A DNA stretch of 64,000 nt from Octopus vulgaris. Its lineage: Eukaryota. Position 1 is the first letter of the stretch. Each line of letters opens with the position of its first letter. Location: contig OX597841.1 of NCBI GenBank assembly GCA_951406725.2, positions 9,424,001 to 9,488,000 of the forward strand. Reading direction: 5' to 3'. Of this stretch, positions 1 to 13,514 are shown in pieces. A model generated the notes under the pieces. It did no database searches. It was not told the DNA's origin and worked only from the letters and a program-made list of their open reading frames with translations. The translations under genes were made by a program, and so were the position numbers.

Positions 1-599
1 TGTGTATGTATATATATATATGTGTGTATGTATATATATGTGTGTTTGTGTGTGTATGTATATATGTGTGTGTGTGTGTGTGTAAGTATATATATGTGTG
101 TTTGTGTGTGTGTGTATGTATATATGTGTGTGTGTGTGTATGTATATATATGTGTGTGTGTGCATGTATATATATGTGTGTGTGTATGTGTATATATGCG
201 TGTGTGTATGTATATATATATATATATGTTATTATTTATTTATCTAAAGGCTTATTATATACATATATATATATATGTGTGTGTGTGTATATATATATAT
301 ATATGTTATTATTTATTTATCTAAAGGTTTATTATATACATATATATATATATGTGTGTATGTATATATATGTGTGTGTGTATGTGTATATATATATATA
401 TATGTGTTATTATTTAATTATCTAAAAGTTATTATATACATATATATATATATGTATGTGTGTATGTATATATGTGTGTGTGTGTGTATGTATATATGTT
501 TGTGTGTGCATGTATATATATGTGTGTGTGTATGTATATATATATATATATGTTATTATTTATTTATCCAAAGGTTTATTATATACATATATATATATA

Positions 600-632
<33 letters not shown>

Positions 633-2313
633 GTTATTATTTATTTATCTAAAGGTTTATTATATAATATATATATATATGTATGTGTGTGTATATATAT
701 ATGTGTGTGTGTATGTATATATATATATATATATGTTATTATTTATTTATGTAAAGGTTTATTATATACATATATATATATATGTATGTGTGTATGTATA
801 TATATGTGTGTGTGTGTATGTATATATATGTGTGTGTGTGTTTCATGTTCGTCTCTGTTGCGTTGCATTCTTTCCTTCTGTGGCTGGCTGATTCGGAGCG
901 GATCTCAGAATTAAACAGCCGAAATCTGCGATGAGGGATCAGTTTCTGACTGAGGATGAAGGCTTTGAATGACCCGTTTGTCTTTTTGTTCGTCCCTTCG
1001 TGTATTTCACGTTAGTTATTTATGTAAAGGTTTATATATATATTTCGCAGCGTACGTTTGCAGGAAATAACTATATAAGCATTTTTATGTTATATCATAT
1101 CAAAAACCCCTGCACGATGTCTTTAAACTATTTTCTTTCCTTCGCTCATTGACTTCGTTGCCAAATTGTTTTGGCGCCTTATTTTCTCCCATGCCTCTCT
1201 GATTCCTTCTCTCCCTCTCTTTGATCACTGCTTCTTCTCTGATTCCTTCTCTCCATTTCTCTCTCTCGGTCACTGCTTCTGTCCTCGTTGTTCTACCCTC
1301 CTTGGTCCCCTTGACAACGCTTAGCCCCTCCTCTCTCTTACCCTCTTGCGACTTGCTGCCTCAGCCATTCTCTTTCCATCGGCCACTTGTTCAACATGTG
1401 TCTTATCAAAAAATGGTAATTATTTTTCCACGCTCATCTGATATTGTTTTTGTGCTCTCTTTTGTGTTAAAGCCATAGGGCGCCTGTGTCATCCGAATTT
1501 TTTAACTGTTACCGTCGCACATTGGGAGTAGTTGATGCCATCTTTGAGAATCGAGCGGGGCAGAGATGGCAAGAATGGAGACGATGAAAGAAGTCACCCC
1601 CACCTGGTGAGATTGACCGGGAGGAGGTTTTGCATGAATTAACCTGAAAGTTCGGAGTGATCCCAGGTGCAAGTTCTGACAACCGGCAGCAAGGGCTCAA
1701 TGAATGGAGACGGAGAACCCGGTGAAGAGGTACGAGAGGAGGTTTTCAGGATGTCCTTAAAAGAAGTTCTACAGATCTTCAGGAAAAGCTCGTCTTCTAG
1801 GCTGTAGTTTATGGCTCGGGATTTCTGGAACCACCATTGACACTGCCTTACGCTTATTGTCCAACCCCATATACTGCATTAATATTTCTTGTACTTTGCA
1901 CACATTTATATTCTGTTATTCTTTTATATGTTTCAGCCTTGAGAGTTGTGGCCATGCTGGATCATGGTGTGTGTGTGTGTGTGTGTGTGTCTATCTGTCT
2001 GTCTGTCTGTATGTATATATGTATATGTATGTGTGATGGAACAATAATATTTTCAACAGATGTGTTGCAAATGTATCTGATTGACCACTCACCACCTGCT
2101 TCAATACTGTGTGTAGGTGTGTATGTATGTTGTGTATGTATGTATATGTATGTATGTGCCAACATGATGTTGTCGAAAGGGCAGCTGCTGAGCAACAATC
2201 TTTTTGTGCATGGCACAAAAGATTGTACAGCAGCTGACCTGGCTTCATCAAACCCAAGCCCGCAGGTGGGACTACCCACTATATACAAGACCACCACAGC
2301 AAACAGACCCAGG

Positions 2314-3108
2314 ATGGACACCGCCGGCAACAACGTACACCTCACCTCGATGCTCCTACTGAACATCAGAGGGCTGCAAACACTCAGTAACAGGACAAAA
2401 ATCCCGTTCCTGAGAGACTTTGTTGCATGCAATCAAGCCTTATGCATAGCACTTACGGAAACGCACCTGAAACCGGACATAGCAGATGCGGAGTTACACA
2501 TACCACAGTATGCTGTACTACGGACCGACAGAAAAGAAAGGAGTCATGGAGGTGTTGCTATGTACATCCGTGAGGACCTCACACCCCAGGTCCTCTTGTC
2601 ATACTCAAACTCGGTGTGTGACACACTAATTGTACATATTAGGCAACTTGATGTAGTTGTGTGTGCTACATATCGCCCTCCAGATGCCCCAAGCCATGTG
2701 GGCAAGTTTGAAGACTGCCTTATAAAAATAGAAGAAGTTCTAACCACATTAGAACAACACATAAGTGTACTTCTTATGGGAGACTTCAATCTGCCCAGTG
2801 TCAGATGGCCCGAGGGCCTTTCTCTCCCAGGAATGACAAGATGTGAACGAGGACAGGCGAGGTCCCTCCTGAACCTCATCAACACCCTGTACATGGAGCA
2901 GGTAATACTCCAACCAACCAGGGCAGGTAACACACTGGATCTCTGCTTCACAAATGACATGGATCTCATCCATAATGTGAAAGTGACACCGACACTACTC
3001 TCGGATCACAACATGATAGAGCTGACCAAAAGAGTACGGGCCAAAAGAGAGCACGGACATGCAGCCTACAAGAAACCCTCAGAATCTTTCCAGCTTGAAC
3101 TACCATAA
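2314..3108 (+). pseudogene. APE-type endonuclease part of LINE ORF2 (copy 1)
   Basis: Motifs LNIRG, ALTETHL, GGVAMY, YRPP, GDFN, LDLCF, SDH; runs out of frame after SDH. Confidence 0.9.
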
Positions 3109-3581
3109 GGCAAACTGGAAACAAATTGAGAAAGAGATCCTCAAACAAAACTGGCCTAAATGTCTCTCCTCGCCAGACATCGACGTGAAACTTCAACAAT
3201 TCATGTCTGTAATGCAAGCCATATGCTACAAATGTGTCCCAGAGAGAAAGGCCACTGTACACAAGAACAAAATCCCCAGAGAGAGGAAAATTTTAATGAG
3301 ACGGCGTACAAAATTTTCAAATCGCCTAAGCAAACAGATTGAAAGCAGTGAAAAGTCCCGCCTAAAAATAAAACTGTTGGAAATCGAAAAATGTCTGCAA
3401 CTCTCTCATGAAAAAGAAAGAGCAGACAAAGAAGCCTGGGCTATAGACAACATAAAATCTAACCCCAGAGCTTTCTACAGGTATGCCAAAGAAACAGCTA
3501 CGGTGCACTGTAGAATAGGGCCACTCCTCGAAAAGGATGGCACACTTACAGGAAAACCAATGAGGGTAAGTGAAATACTGA

Positions 3582-5727
3582 ATGAGCAATTCAAGAGTGT
3601 TTTCACTCCACCCCTTGGGCATCTCCAAATCACCAATCCAACTGACTTTTTTTACCACTGCAGATATAAAATCAGAGGCGGCGACGATAGATTACATCGA
3701 TATAAAGGAAGACGATGTAATCAAGGCTATAGATGAAATGAAAACAGACTCAGCTACTGGCCCCGATGGATTCCCGGCAATCCTCCTAAAAACATGTAAG
3801 AGAGTCCTAGCAAGACCACTGCAGTTCCTCTTTCAGAGCTTCCTTGCAGCTGGCAAACTTCCAAGAAAACTGAAGGAAGGTAAAATATGCCCCATTCATA
3901 AAGGAGGTAGCAGAGCGGAAGCCAAGAACTACAGACCTATCTCTCTGACCTCACACATCAGCAAGGTCATGGAACGAATAGTCAGAAGGAAGCTGATCAC
4001 CTTCCTTGAAGAGAATGACTTACTGCCCGACACCCAACATGGTTTCCGACCAGGGAGAAGCTGTTTAACTCAGCTCCTACAACACTATGACTGGGTGCTG
4101 AAACGGCTGCTCAACCACTCAAATGTGGAAGTGATATATCTCGACTTTGCAAAGGCCTTTGATAAAGTCGATCATGGAATGATATGTCACAAACTGCGTG
4201 ATCTCAACATAGTTGGAAAACTGGGAGAATGGCTCCATGACTTTCTGAAAGATAGAAGTCAGGTGGTAGTAGCCAATGGGGCCACTTCCATTAACACGCA
4301 AATAGTGAGCGGTGTCCCGCAGGGCACTGTTCTGGGACCACTACTGTTCATAATGGCCCTCTCAGACATGCCCTCAGCCACGCAGAGAGCCACGATCACA
4401 AGTTATGCAGATGATACAAAAGTTTCACAGGCAATACAGAACCCTGAGGACACTAAGCACCTGCAATGTGAGCTGGACAAAATATACAAGTGGGCTGAAA
4501 AGAATAGCATGCAGTTCAATGCTGAAAAGTTTCAAGCTCTATACTATCAGCATGCAAAACTAAATGCAATACCCAATGAATACACCGGACCCGGAGGAAT
4601 AGCAATCCCAGAGGCACAATCAGTGCGTGACCTAGGTATTTACATGAGTGATGACGCGACCTTTCGTGTACATGTTGCTAAATTGGCAATGAAATGTAGA
4701 AGACTGGCCGGATGGATCCTCAGAACCTTTAGAACAAGAGAACAAGAAACCATGATGGTCCTCTGGAGGACACTTGTCCTAAGCCACTTTGACTACTGCT
4801 CTCAGTTATGGTCACCATCCAGTGTCAAGTTGATCACAGAGCTCGAGGCGATCCAACGTAGCTACACGAAGAAGATAGCCTCTATGCAGAATGTAAGCTA
4901 CTGGGAAAGACTGAAGAGATTAAAACTGTATTCCCTGGAGCGTAGGCGGGAAAGATATGCCATAATATACATCTGGAAGATCCTGGAGGGACGTGTCCTA
5001 AACTTTGGCATCGAGAGTTACGCAAATGCCAGAACTGGGCGCCACTGCGTGGTGCCTAGGACTTCCATTAACACGCAAATAGTGAGCGGTGTCCCGCAGG
5101 GCACTGTTCTGGGACCACTACTGTTCATAATGGCCCTCTCAGACATGCCCTCAGCCACGCAAGAGAGCCACGATCACAAGTTATGCAGATGATACAAAAG
5201 TTTCACAAGCAATACAGAAACCTGAGGACACTAAGCACCTGCAATGTGAGCTGGACAAAATATACAAGTGGGCTGAAAAGAATAGCATGCAGTTCAATGC
5301 TGAAAAGTTTCAAGCTCTATACTATCAGCATGCAAAACTAAATGCAATACCCAATGAATACACCGGACCCGGAGGAATAGCAATCCCAGAGGCACAATCA
5401 GTGCGTGACCTAGGTATTTACATGAGTGATGACGCGACCTTTCGTGTACATGTTGCTAAATTGGCAATGAAATGTAGAAGACTGGCCGGATGGATCCTCA
5501 GAACCTTTAGAACAAGAGAACAAGAAACCATGATGGTCCTCTGGAGGACACTTGTCCTAAGCCACTTTGACTACTGCTCTCAGTTATGGTCACCATCCAG
5601 TGTCAAGTTGATCACAGAGCTCGAGGCGATCCAACGTAGCTACACGAAGAAGATAGTCTCTATGCAGAATGTAAGCTACTGGGAAAGCTGCATCGAACTC
5701 TCTCATGCACCAAATGGCAGTTGCTAA
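3582..5727 (+). pseudogene. Reverse transcriptase part of ORF2 (copy 1) with internal duplication
   Basis: RT motifs intact to ~5060, then a repeat of the GVPQG...YW segment. Confidence 0.88.
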
Positions 5728-6045
5728 AAAGCTTTCGTGAAGTAAAACCAAGTAGCAACACCAAATGGCGGTGCCCCAGCATGGCCACAGCTCATAAGCT
5801 GAAACTAGAATCAATCGATCAATCAATCAATCATGTCTCCAAAAAAGATTTTTCGTTTCATGTTCGTCTCTGTTGCGTTGCATTCTTTCCTTCTGTGGCT
5901 GGCTGATTCGGAGCGGATCTCAGAATTGAACGGCCGAAATCTGCGATGAGGGATCAGTTTCTGACTGAAGAATGAAGGCTTTGAATGACCCGTTTGTCTT
6001 TTTGTTCGTCCCTTCGTGTATTTCACGTTATTTATTTATGTAAAT

Positions 6046-6089
<44 letters not shown>

Positions 6090-6848
6090 ATGTATGTATA
6101 ATGTATGTTTATGTATGTATGTATGTATATATATATATATATGTGTGTATGTATATATATATGTGTGTGTGTATGTATATATATATATATGTGTGTGTGT
6201 GTGTATGTATATATGTGTGTGTATGTATATATGTATGTGTGTGTGTATATATATATATATATGTGTGTATGTATATATATGTGTGTTTGTGTGTGTATGT
6301 ATATATATGTGTGTGTGTGTGTGTGTAAGTATATATATGTGTGTTTGTGTGTGTGTGTATGTATATATGTGTGTGTGTGTGTATGTATATATATGTGTGT
6401 GTGTGCATGTATATATATGTGTGTGTGTATGTGTATATATGCGTGTGTGTATGTATATATATATATATATGTTATTATTTATTTATCTAAAGGCTTATTA
6501 TATACATATATATATATATGTGTGTGTGTGTATATATATATATATATGTTATTATTTATTTATCTAAAGGTTTATTATATACATATATATATATATGTGT
6601 GTATGTATATATATGTGTGTGTGTGTATGTGTATATATATATATATATGTGTTATTATTTAATTATCTAAAAGTTATTATATACATATATATATATATAT
6701 GTATGTGTGTATGTATATATGTGTGTGTGTGTGTGTATGTATATATGTTTGTGTGTGCATGTATATATATGTGTGTGTGTATGTATATATATATATATAT
6801 GTTATTATTTATTTATCAAAAGGTTTATTATATACATATATATATATA

Positions 6849-6879
<31 letters not shown>

Positions 6880-7849
6880 GTTATTATTTATTTATCTAAA
6901 GGTTTATTATATACATATATATATATATGTATGTGTGTATGTATATATATGTGTGTGTGTATGTATATATATATATATATATATATATGTTATTATTTAT
7001 TTATGTAAAGGTTTATTATATACATATATATATATATGTATGTGTGTATGTATATATATGTGTGTGTGTGTATGTATATATATGTGTGTGTGTGTTTCTT
7101 GTTCGTCTCTGTTCGTCTCTGTTGCGTTGCATTCTTTCCTTCTGTGGCTGGCTGATTCGGAGCGGATCTCAGAATTAAACAGCCGAAATCTGCGATGAGG
7201 GATCAGTTTCTGACTGAGGATGAAGGCTTTGAATGACCCGTTTGTCTTTTTGTTCGTCCCTTCGTGTATTTCACGTTAGTTATTTATGTAAAGGTTTATT
7301 ATATATTTCGCAGCGTACGTGCATAATAACTTCTTTATGTTTATCATATCAAAACCCCTGCACGATGTCTTTAAACTATTTTCTTTCCTTCGCCATTGCT
7401 TCGTTGCCAAATTGTTTTGGCGCCTTTATCTCCCAGCCTCTCTGATTCCTTCTCTCCCTCTCTCTCTTGATCACTGCTTCTTCTCTGATTCCTTCTCTCC
7501 CTCTCTCTCTCTCGGTCACTGCTTCTGTCCTCGCCTTCTACCCTCCTTGGTCCCCTCTCTCTCTTAGCCCCTCCTCTCTCTTACCCTCTTGCGACTTGCT
7601 GCCTCAGCCATTCTCTTTCCATCGGCCACTTGTTCAACATGTGTCTTATCACCGAAAAGGTAATTATTTTTCCACGCTTCCTGATATTGTTTTTGTGTCT
7701 CTCTTTTTGTATTAAAGCCATAGGGCGCCTGTGTCATCCATGTTTTTAACCGTTACCGGTCGCACATTGGCGCACTTGATGCCATCTTTGAGAACGAGCG
7801 GGGCAAAGATGGCAAGAATGGAGACGATGAAAGAAGTCACCCCCACCTG

Positions 7850-8485
7850 GTGGATTCCCGGGAGGAGGTTTTGAGTGAGAAACCTGCCCGGAAAGTGATC
7901 CCAGGTGCAAGTTCTCCAACCGGCAGCAAGGGCCATGGAGACGGAGAACCCGGTGAAGAGGTAGAGGGAGGAGGAAGAACTAAAAGAAGGACTGGAAGAG
8001 CTAAAGGAAAAGCTCAAGCAGGACCAAAGGGTGAAACAACCAGGAATAGAAGTGGAACCGCAAAAGATGGAAACAAACAGCGCACACGGGTGTGTAGGTT
8101 CTACCTGAGAGGTTCCTGCTGGCATGGAAAGCAAGGTGCAGGCTGCCGCTTTGCACATCGGGGACCCTGCCACAGAGACACGAGGCAGATGGACAAACCA
8201 TCAACACAAGGAAAAAGGATGGACCACGCACCACCTGCCCCAAAGCGGAGGTACGCAGATGTTGTGCGTGCCACAAACCGCCAACATGATGTTGTCGAAA
8301 GGGCAGCTGCTGAGCAACAATCTTTTTTGTGCATGGCACAAAAGATTGTACAGCAGCTGACCTGGCTTCATCAAACCCAAGCCCGCAGGTGGGACTACCC
8401 ACTATATACAAGACCACCACAGCAAACAGACCCAGGATGGACACCGCCGGCAACAACGTACACCTCACCTCGATGCTTCTACTGA
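7850..8485 (+). CDS. LINE ORF1-like protein with CCCH-type zinc finger (copy 2)
   Basis: Basic Gly/Arg/Lys-rich region, then C-x7-C-x8-C-x3-H (CRFYLRGSCWHGKQGAGCRFAH). No in-frame ATG at the N-terminus. Confidence 0.65.
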   Translation: MDSREEVLSEKPARKVIPGASSPTGSKGHGDGEPGEEVEGGGRTKRRTGRAKGKAQAGPKGETTRNRSGTAKDGNKQRTRVCRFYLRGSCWHGKQGAGCRFAHRGPCHRDTRQMDKPSTQGKRMDHAPPAPKRRYADVVRATNRQHDVVERAAAEQQSFLCMAQKIVQQLTWLHQTQARRWDYPLYTRPPQQTDPGWTPPATTYTSPRCFY

Positions 8486-9138
8486 ACATCAGAGGGCTGC
8501 AAACACTCAGTAACAGGACAAAAATCCCGTTCCTGACAGACTTTGTTGCATGCAATCAAGCCTTATGCATAGCACTTACGGAAATGCACCTGAAACCGGA
8601 CATAGCAGATGCGGAGTTACACATACCACAGTATGCTGTACTACGGACCGACAGAAAAGAAAGGAGTCATGGAGGTGTTGCTATGTACATCCGTGAGGAC
8701 CTCACACCCCAGGTCCTCTTGTCATACTCAAACTCGGTGTGTGACACACTAATTGTACATATTAGGCAACTTGATGTAGTTGTGTGTGCTACATATCGCC
8801 CTCCAGATGCCCCAAGCCATGTGGGCAAGTTTGAAGACTGCCTTATAAAAATAGAAGAAGTTCTAACCACATTAGAACAACACATAAGTGTACTTCTTAT
8901 GGGAGACTTCAATCTGCCCAGTGTCAGATGGCCCGAGGGCCTTCCTCTCCCAGGAATGACAAGATGTGAACGAGGACAGGCGAGGTCCCTCCTGAACCTC
9001 ATCAACACCCTGTACATGGAGCAGGTAATACTCCAACCAACCAGGGCAGGTAACACACTGGATCTCTGCTTCACAAATGACATGGATCTCATCTATAATG
9101 TGAAAGTGACACCGACACTACTCTCGGATCACACATGA
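8437..9138 (+). pseudogene. APE endonuclease part of ORF2 (copy 2)
   Basis: Same motifs; ends just after SDH. Confidence 0.9.
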
Positions 9139-9703
9139 TAGAGCTGACCAAAAGAGTACGGGCCAAAAGAGAGCACGGACATGCAGCCTACAAGAAACCC
9201 TCAGAATCTTTCCAGCTTGAACTACCATAAGGCAAACTGGAAACAAATTGAGAAAGAGATCCTCAAACAAAACTGGCCTAAATGTCTCTCCTCGCCAGAC
9301 ATCGACGTGAAACTTCAACAATTCATGTCTGTAATGCAAGCCATATGCTACAAATGTGTCCCAGAGAGAAAGGCCACTGTACACAAGAACAAAATCCCCA
9401 GAGAGAGGAAAATTTTAATGAGACGGCGTACAAAATTTTCAAATCGCCTAAGCAAACAGATTGAAAGCAGTGAAAAGTCCCGCCTAAAAATAAAACTGTT
9501 GGAAATCGAAAAATGTCTGCAACTCTCTCATGAAAAGGAAAGAGCAGACAAAGAAGCCTGGGCTATAGACAACATAAAATCTAACCCCAGAGCTTTCTAC
9601 AGGTATGCCAAAGAAACAGCTACGGTGCACTGTAGAATAGGGCCACTCCTCGAAAAGGATGGCACACTTACAGGAAAACCAATGAGGGTAAGTGAAATAC
9701 TGA

Positions 9704-11437
9704 ATGAGCAATTCAAGAGTGTTTTCACTCCACCCCTTGGGCATCTCCAAATCACCAATCCAACTGACTTTTTTTACCACTGCAGATATAAAATCAGAGG
9801 CGGCGACGATAGATTACATCGATATAAAGGAAGACGATGTAATCAAGGCTATAGATGAAATGAAAACAGACTCAGCTACTGGCCCCGATGGATTCCCGGC
9901 AATCCTCCTAAAAACATGTAAGAGAGTCCTAGCAAGACCACTGCAGTTCCTCTTTCAGAGCTTCCTTGCAGCTGGCAAACTTCCAAGAAAACTGAAGGAA
10001 GGTAAAATATGCCCCATTCATAAAGGAGGTAGCAGAGCGGAAGCCAAGAACTACAGACCTATCTCTCTGACCTCACACATCAGCAAGGTCATGGAACGAA
10101 TAGTCAGAAGGAAGCTGATCACCTTCCTTGAAGAGAATGACTTACTGCCCGACACCCAACATGGTTTCCGACCAGGGAGAAGCTGTTTGACTCAGCTCCT
10201 ACAACACTATGACTGGGTGCTGAAACGGCTGCTCAACCACTCAAATGTGGAAGTGATATATCTCGACTTTGCAAAGGCCTTTGATAAAGTCGATCATGGA
10301 ATGATATGTCACAAGCTGCGTGATCTCAACATAGTTGGAAAACTGGGAGAATGGCTCCATGACTTTCTGAAAGATAGAAGTCAGGTGGTAGTAGCCAATG
10401 GGGCCACTTCCATTAACACGCAAATAGTGAGCGGTGTCCCGCAGGGCACTGTTCTGGGACCACTACTGTTCATAATGGCCCTCTCAGACATGCCCTCAGC
10501 CACGCAGAGAGCCACGATCACAAGTTATGCAGATGATACAAAAGTTTCACAGGCAATACAGAACCCTGAGGACACTAAGCACCTGCAATGTGAGCTGGAC
10601 AAAATATACAAGTGGGCTGAAAAGAATAGCATGCAGTTCAATGCTGAAAAGTTTCAAGCTCTATACTATCAGCATGCAAAACTAAATGCAATACCCAATG
10701 AATACACCGGACCCGGAGGAATAGCAATCCCAGAGGCACAATCAGTGCGTGACCTAGGTATTTACATGAGTGATGACGCGACCTTTCGTGTACATGTTGC
10801 TAAATTGGCAATGAAATGTTGAAGACTGGCCGGATGGATCCTCAGAACCTTTAGAACAAGAGAACAAGAAACCATGATGGTCCTCTGGAGGACACTTGTC
10901 CTAAGCCACTTTGACTACTGCTCTCAGTTATGGTCACCATCCAGTGTCAAGTTGATCACAGAGCTCGAGGCGATCCAACGTAGCTACACGAAGAAGATAG
11001 CCTCTATGCAGAATGTAAGCTACTGGGAAAGACTGAAGAGATTAAAACTGTATTCCCTGGAGCGTAGGCGGGAAAGATATGCCATAATATACATCTGGAA
11101 GATCCTGGAGGGACGTGTCCTAAACTTTGGCATCGAGAGTTACGCAAATGCCAGAACTGGGCGCCACTGCGTGGTGCCTAGGACTCCAAACTCGCCATCA
11201 AGATGTAGGACAAGATTCTGTGATAGCCTGGGCTTCCGAGGCCCACAGCTCTTCAATATCCTCCCGAAGAACCTGAGAGACCTGCATGGGGTGGATGCAG
11301 ATGTCTTTAAAATGAAACTGGATCTCTTCCTGTCAGGTGTCCCAGATGAACCAACTTCACGGCAGGAGGTGCAGATGAGGGCAGCTGCATCGAACTCTCT
11401 CATGCACCAAATGGCAGTTGCTAAAAAGCTTTCGTGA
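9704..11437 (+). pseudogene. RT part of ORF2 (copy 2), in-frame stop at 10820
   Basis: AGA to TGA change. Confidence 0.9.
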
Positions 11438-11745
11438 AGTAAAACCAAGTAGCAACACCAAATGGCGGTGCCCCAGCATGGCCACAGCTCATAAGCTGAA
11501 ACTAGAATCAATCAATCAATCAATCAATCATGTCTCCAAAAAAGATTTTTCGTTTCATGTTCGTCTCTGTTGCGTTGCATTCTTTCCTTCTGTGGCTGGC
11601 TGATTCGGAGCGGATCTCAGAATTGAACGGCCGAAATCTGCGATGAGGGATCAGTTTCTGACTGAAGAATGAAGGCTTTGAATGACCCGTTTGTCTTTTT
11701 GTTCGTCCCTTCGTGTATTTCACGTTATTTATTTATGTAAATGTT

Positions 11746-11787
<42 letters not shown>

Positions 11788-12201
11788 ATGTATGTATATA
11801 TGTATGTATGTATGTATGTATATATATATATGTGTGTATGTATATATATATATGTGTGTGTGTGTATATATATATATATATGTGTGTGTGTATGTATATA
11901 TGTGTGTGTATGTATATATGTATGTGTGTGTGTATGTATATATATATGTGTGTATGTATATATATGTGTGTTTGTGTGTGTATGTATATATATGTGTGTG
12001 TGTGTGTGTAAGTATATATATGTGTGTTTGTGTGTGTGTGTATGTATATATGTGTGTGTGTGTGTATGTATATATATGTGTGTGTGTGCATGTATATATA
12101 TGTGTGTGTGTATGTGTATATATGCGTGTGTGTATGTATATATATATATATATGTTATTATTTATTTATCTAAAGGCTTATTATATACATATATATATAT
12201 A

Positions 12202-12232
<31 letters not shown>

Positions 12233-12527
12233 GTTATTATTTATTTATCTAAAGGTTTATTATATACATATATATATATATGTGTGTATGTATATATATG
12301 TGTGTGTGTATGTATATATATATATATATATGTGTTATTATTTAATTATCTAAAATTTATTATATACATATATATATATATGTATGTGTGTATGTATATA
12401 TGTGTGTGTGTGTGTATGTATATATGTTTGTGTGTGCATGTATATATATGTGTGTGTGTATGTATATATATATATATATGTTATTATTTATTTATCCAAA
12501 GGTTTATTATATACATATATATATATA

Positions 12528-12558
<31 letters not shown>

Positions 12559-12767
12559 GTTATTATTTATTTATCTAAAGGTTTATTATATACATATATA
12601 TATATATGTATGTGTGTATGTATATATATGTGTGTGTGTATGTATATATATATATATATATGTTATTATTTATTTATGTAAAGGTTTATTATATACATAT
12701 ATATATATATGTATGTGTGTATGTATATATATGTGTGTGTGTGTATGTATATATATGTGTGTGTGTG

Positions 12768-12941
12768 TTTCATGTTCGTCTCTGTTGCGTTGCATTCTTT
12801 CCTTCTGTGGCTGGCTGATTCGGAGCGGATCTCAGAATTAAACAGCCGAAATCTGCGATGAGGGATCAGTTTCTGACTGAGGATGAAGGCTTTGAATGAC
12901 CCGTTTGTCTTTTTGTTCGTCCCTTCGTGTATTTCACGTTA
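12768..12941 (+). repeat. Module A, 174-bp direct repeat 5' of each LINE (others at 841, 7095, 18434, 24878, 30538, 36200, 41857, 47532)
   Basis: TTTCATGTTCGTC...GTATTTCACGTTA; diagnostic alleles ATTAAACAGCC and CTGAGGATG. Confidence 0.95.
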
Positions 12942-13514
12942 GTTATTTATGTAAAGGTTTATTATATATTTCGCAGCGTACGTGCATAATAACTTCTTTA
13001 TGTTTATCATATCAAAACCCCTGCACGATGTCTTTAAACTATTTTCTTTCCTTCGCCATTGCTTCGTTGCCAAATTGTTTTGGCGCCTTTTTCTCCCAGC
13101 CTCTCTGATTCCTTCTCTCCCTCTCTCTCTTGATCACTGCTTCTTCTCTGATTCCTTCTCTCCCTCTCTCTCTCTCTCGGTCACTGCTTCTGTCCTCGCC
13201 TTCTACCCTCCTTGGTCCCCTCTCTCTCTTAGCCCCTCCTCTCTCTTACCCTCTTGCGACTTGCTGCCTCAGCCATTCTCTTTCCATCGGCCACTTGTTC
13301 AACATGTGTCTTATCACCGAAAAGGTAATTATTTTTCCACGCTTGCTGATATTGTTTTTGTGTCTCTCTTTTTGTGTTAAAGCCATAGGGCGCCTGTGTC
13401 ATCCATGTTTTTAACCGTTACCGGTCGCACATTGGCGCACTTGATGCCATCTTTGAGAACGAGCGGGGCAAAGATGGCAAGAATGGAGACGATGAAAGAA
13501 GTCACCCCCACCTG

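Larger units (their letters stand above)
1043..5833 (+). mobile_element. CR1-group LINE, array copy 1 (rearranged)
   Basis: EN, linker and RT ORFs present. The 5' part is error-rich, 1741-2158 is foreign sequence, and there is an internal duplication at 5061-5686. The 5' boundary is approximate. Confidence 0.9.
7307..11530 (+). mobile_element. CR1-group LINE, array copy 2
   Basis: ORF1/EN/linker/RT and (ATCA)n tail. Private 1-bp deletion near 9132 and a nonsense TGA at 10820. Confidence 0.93.

Noticed and set aside
6-914. Long Y/I/C/V/M or H/T/Y/I ORFs in every spacer
   Set aside because: These are translations of TA/TG microsatellite, which lacks stop codons; not genes.
1837-2313. N-terminal extension of the 423-aa ORF in copy 1
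   Set aside because: Chance read-through of inserted, microsatellite-containing DNA from a TTG start.
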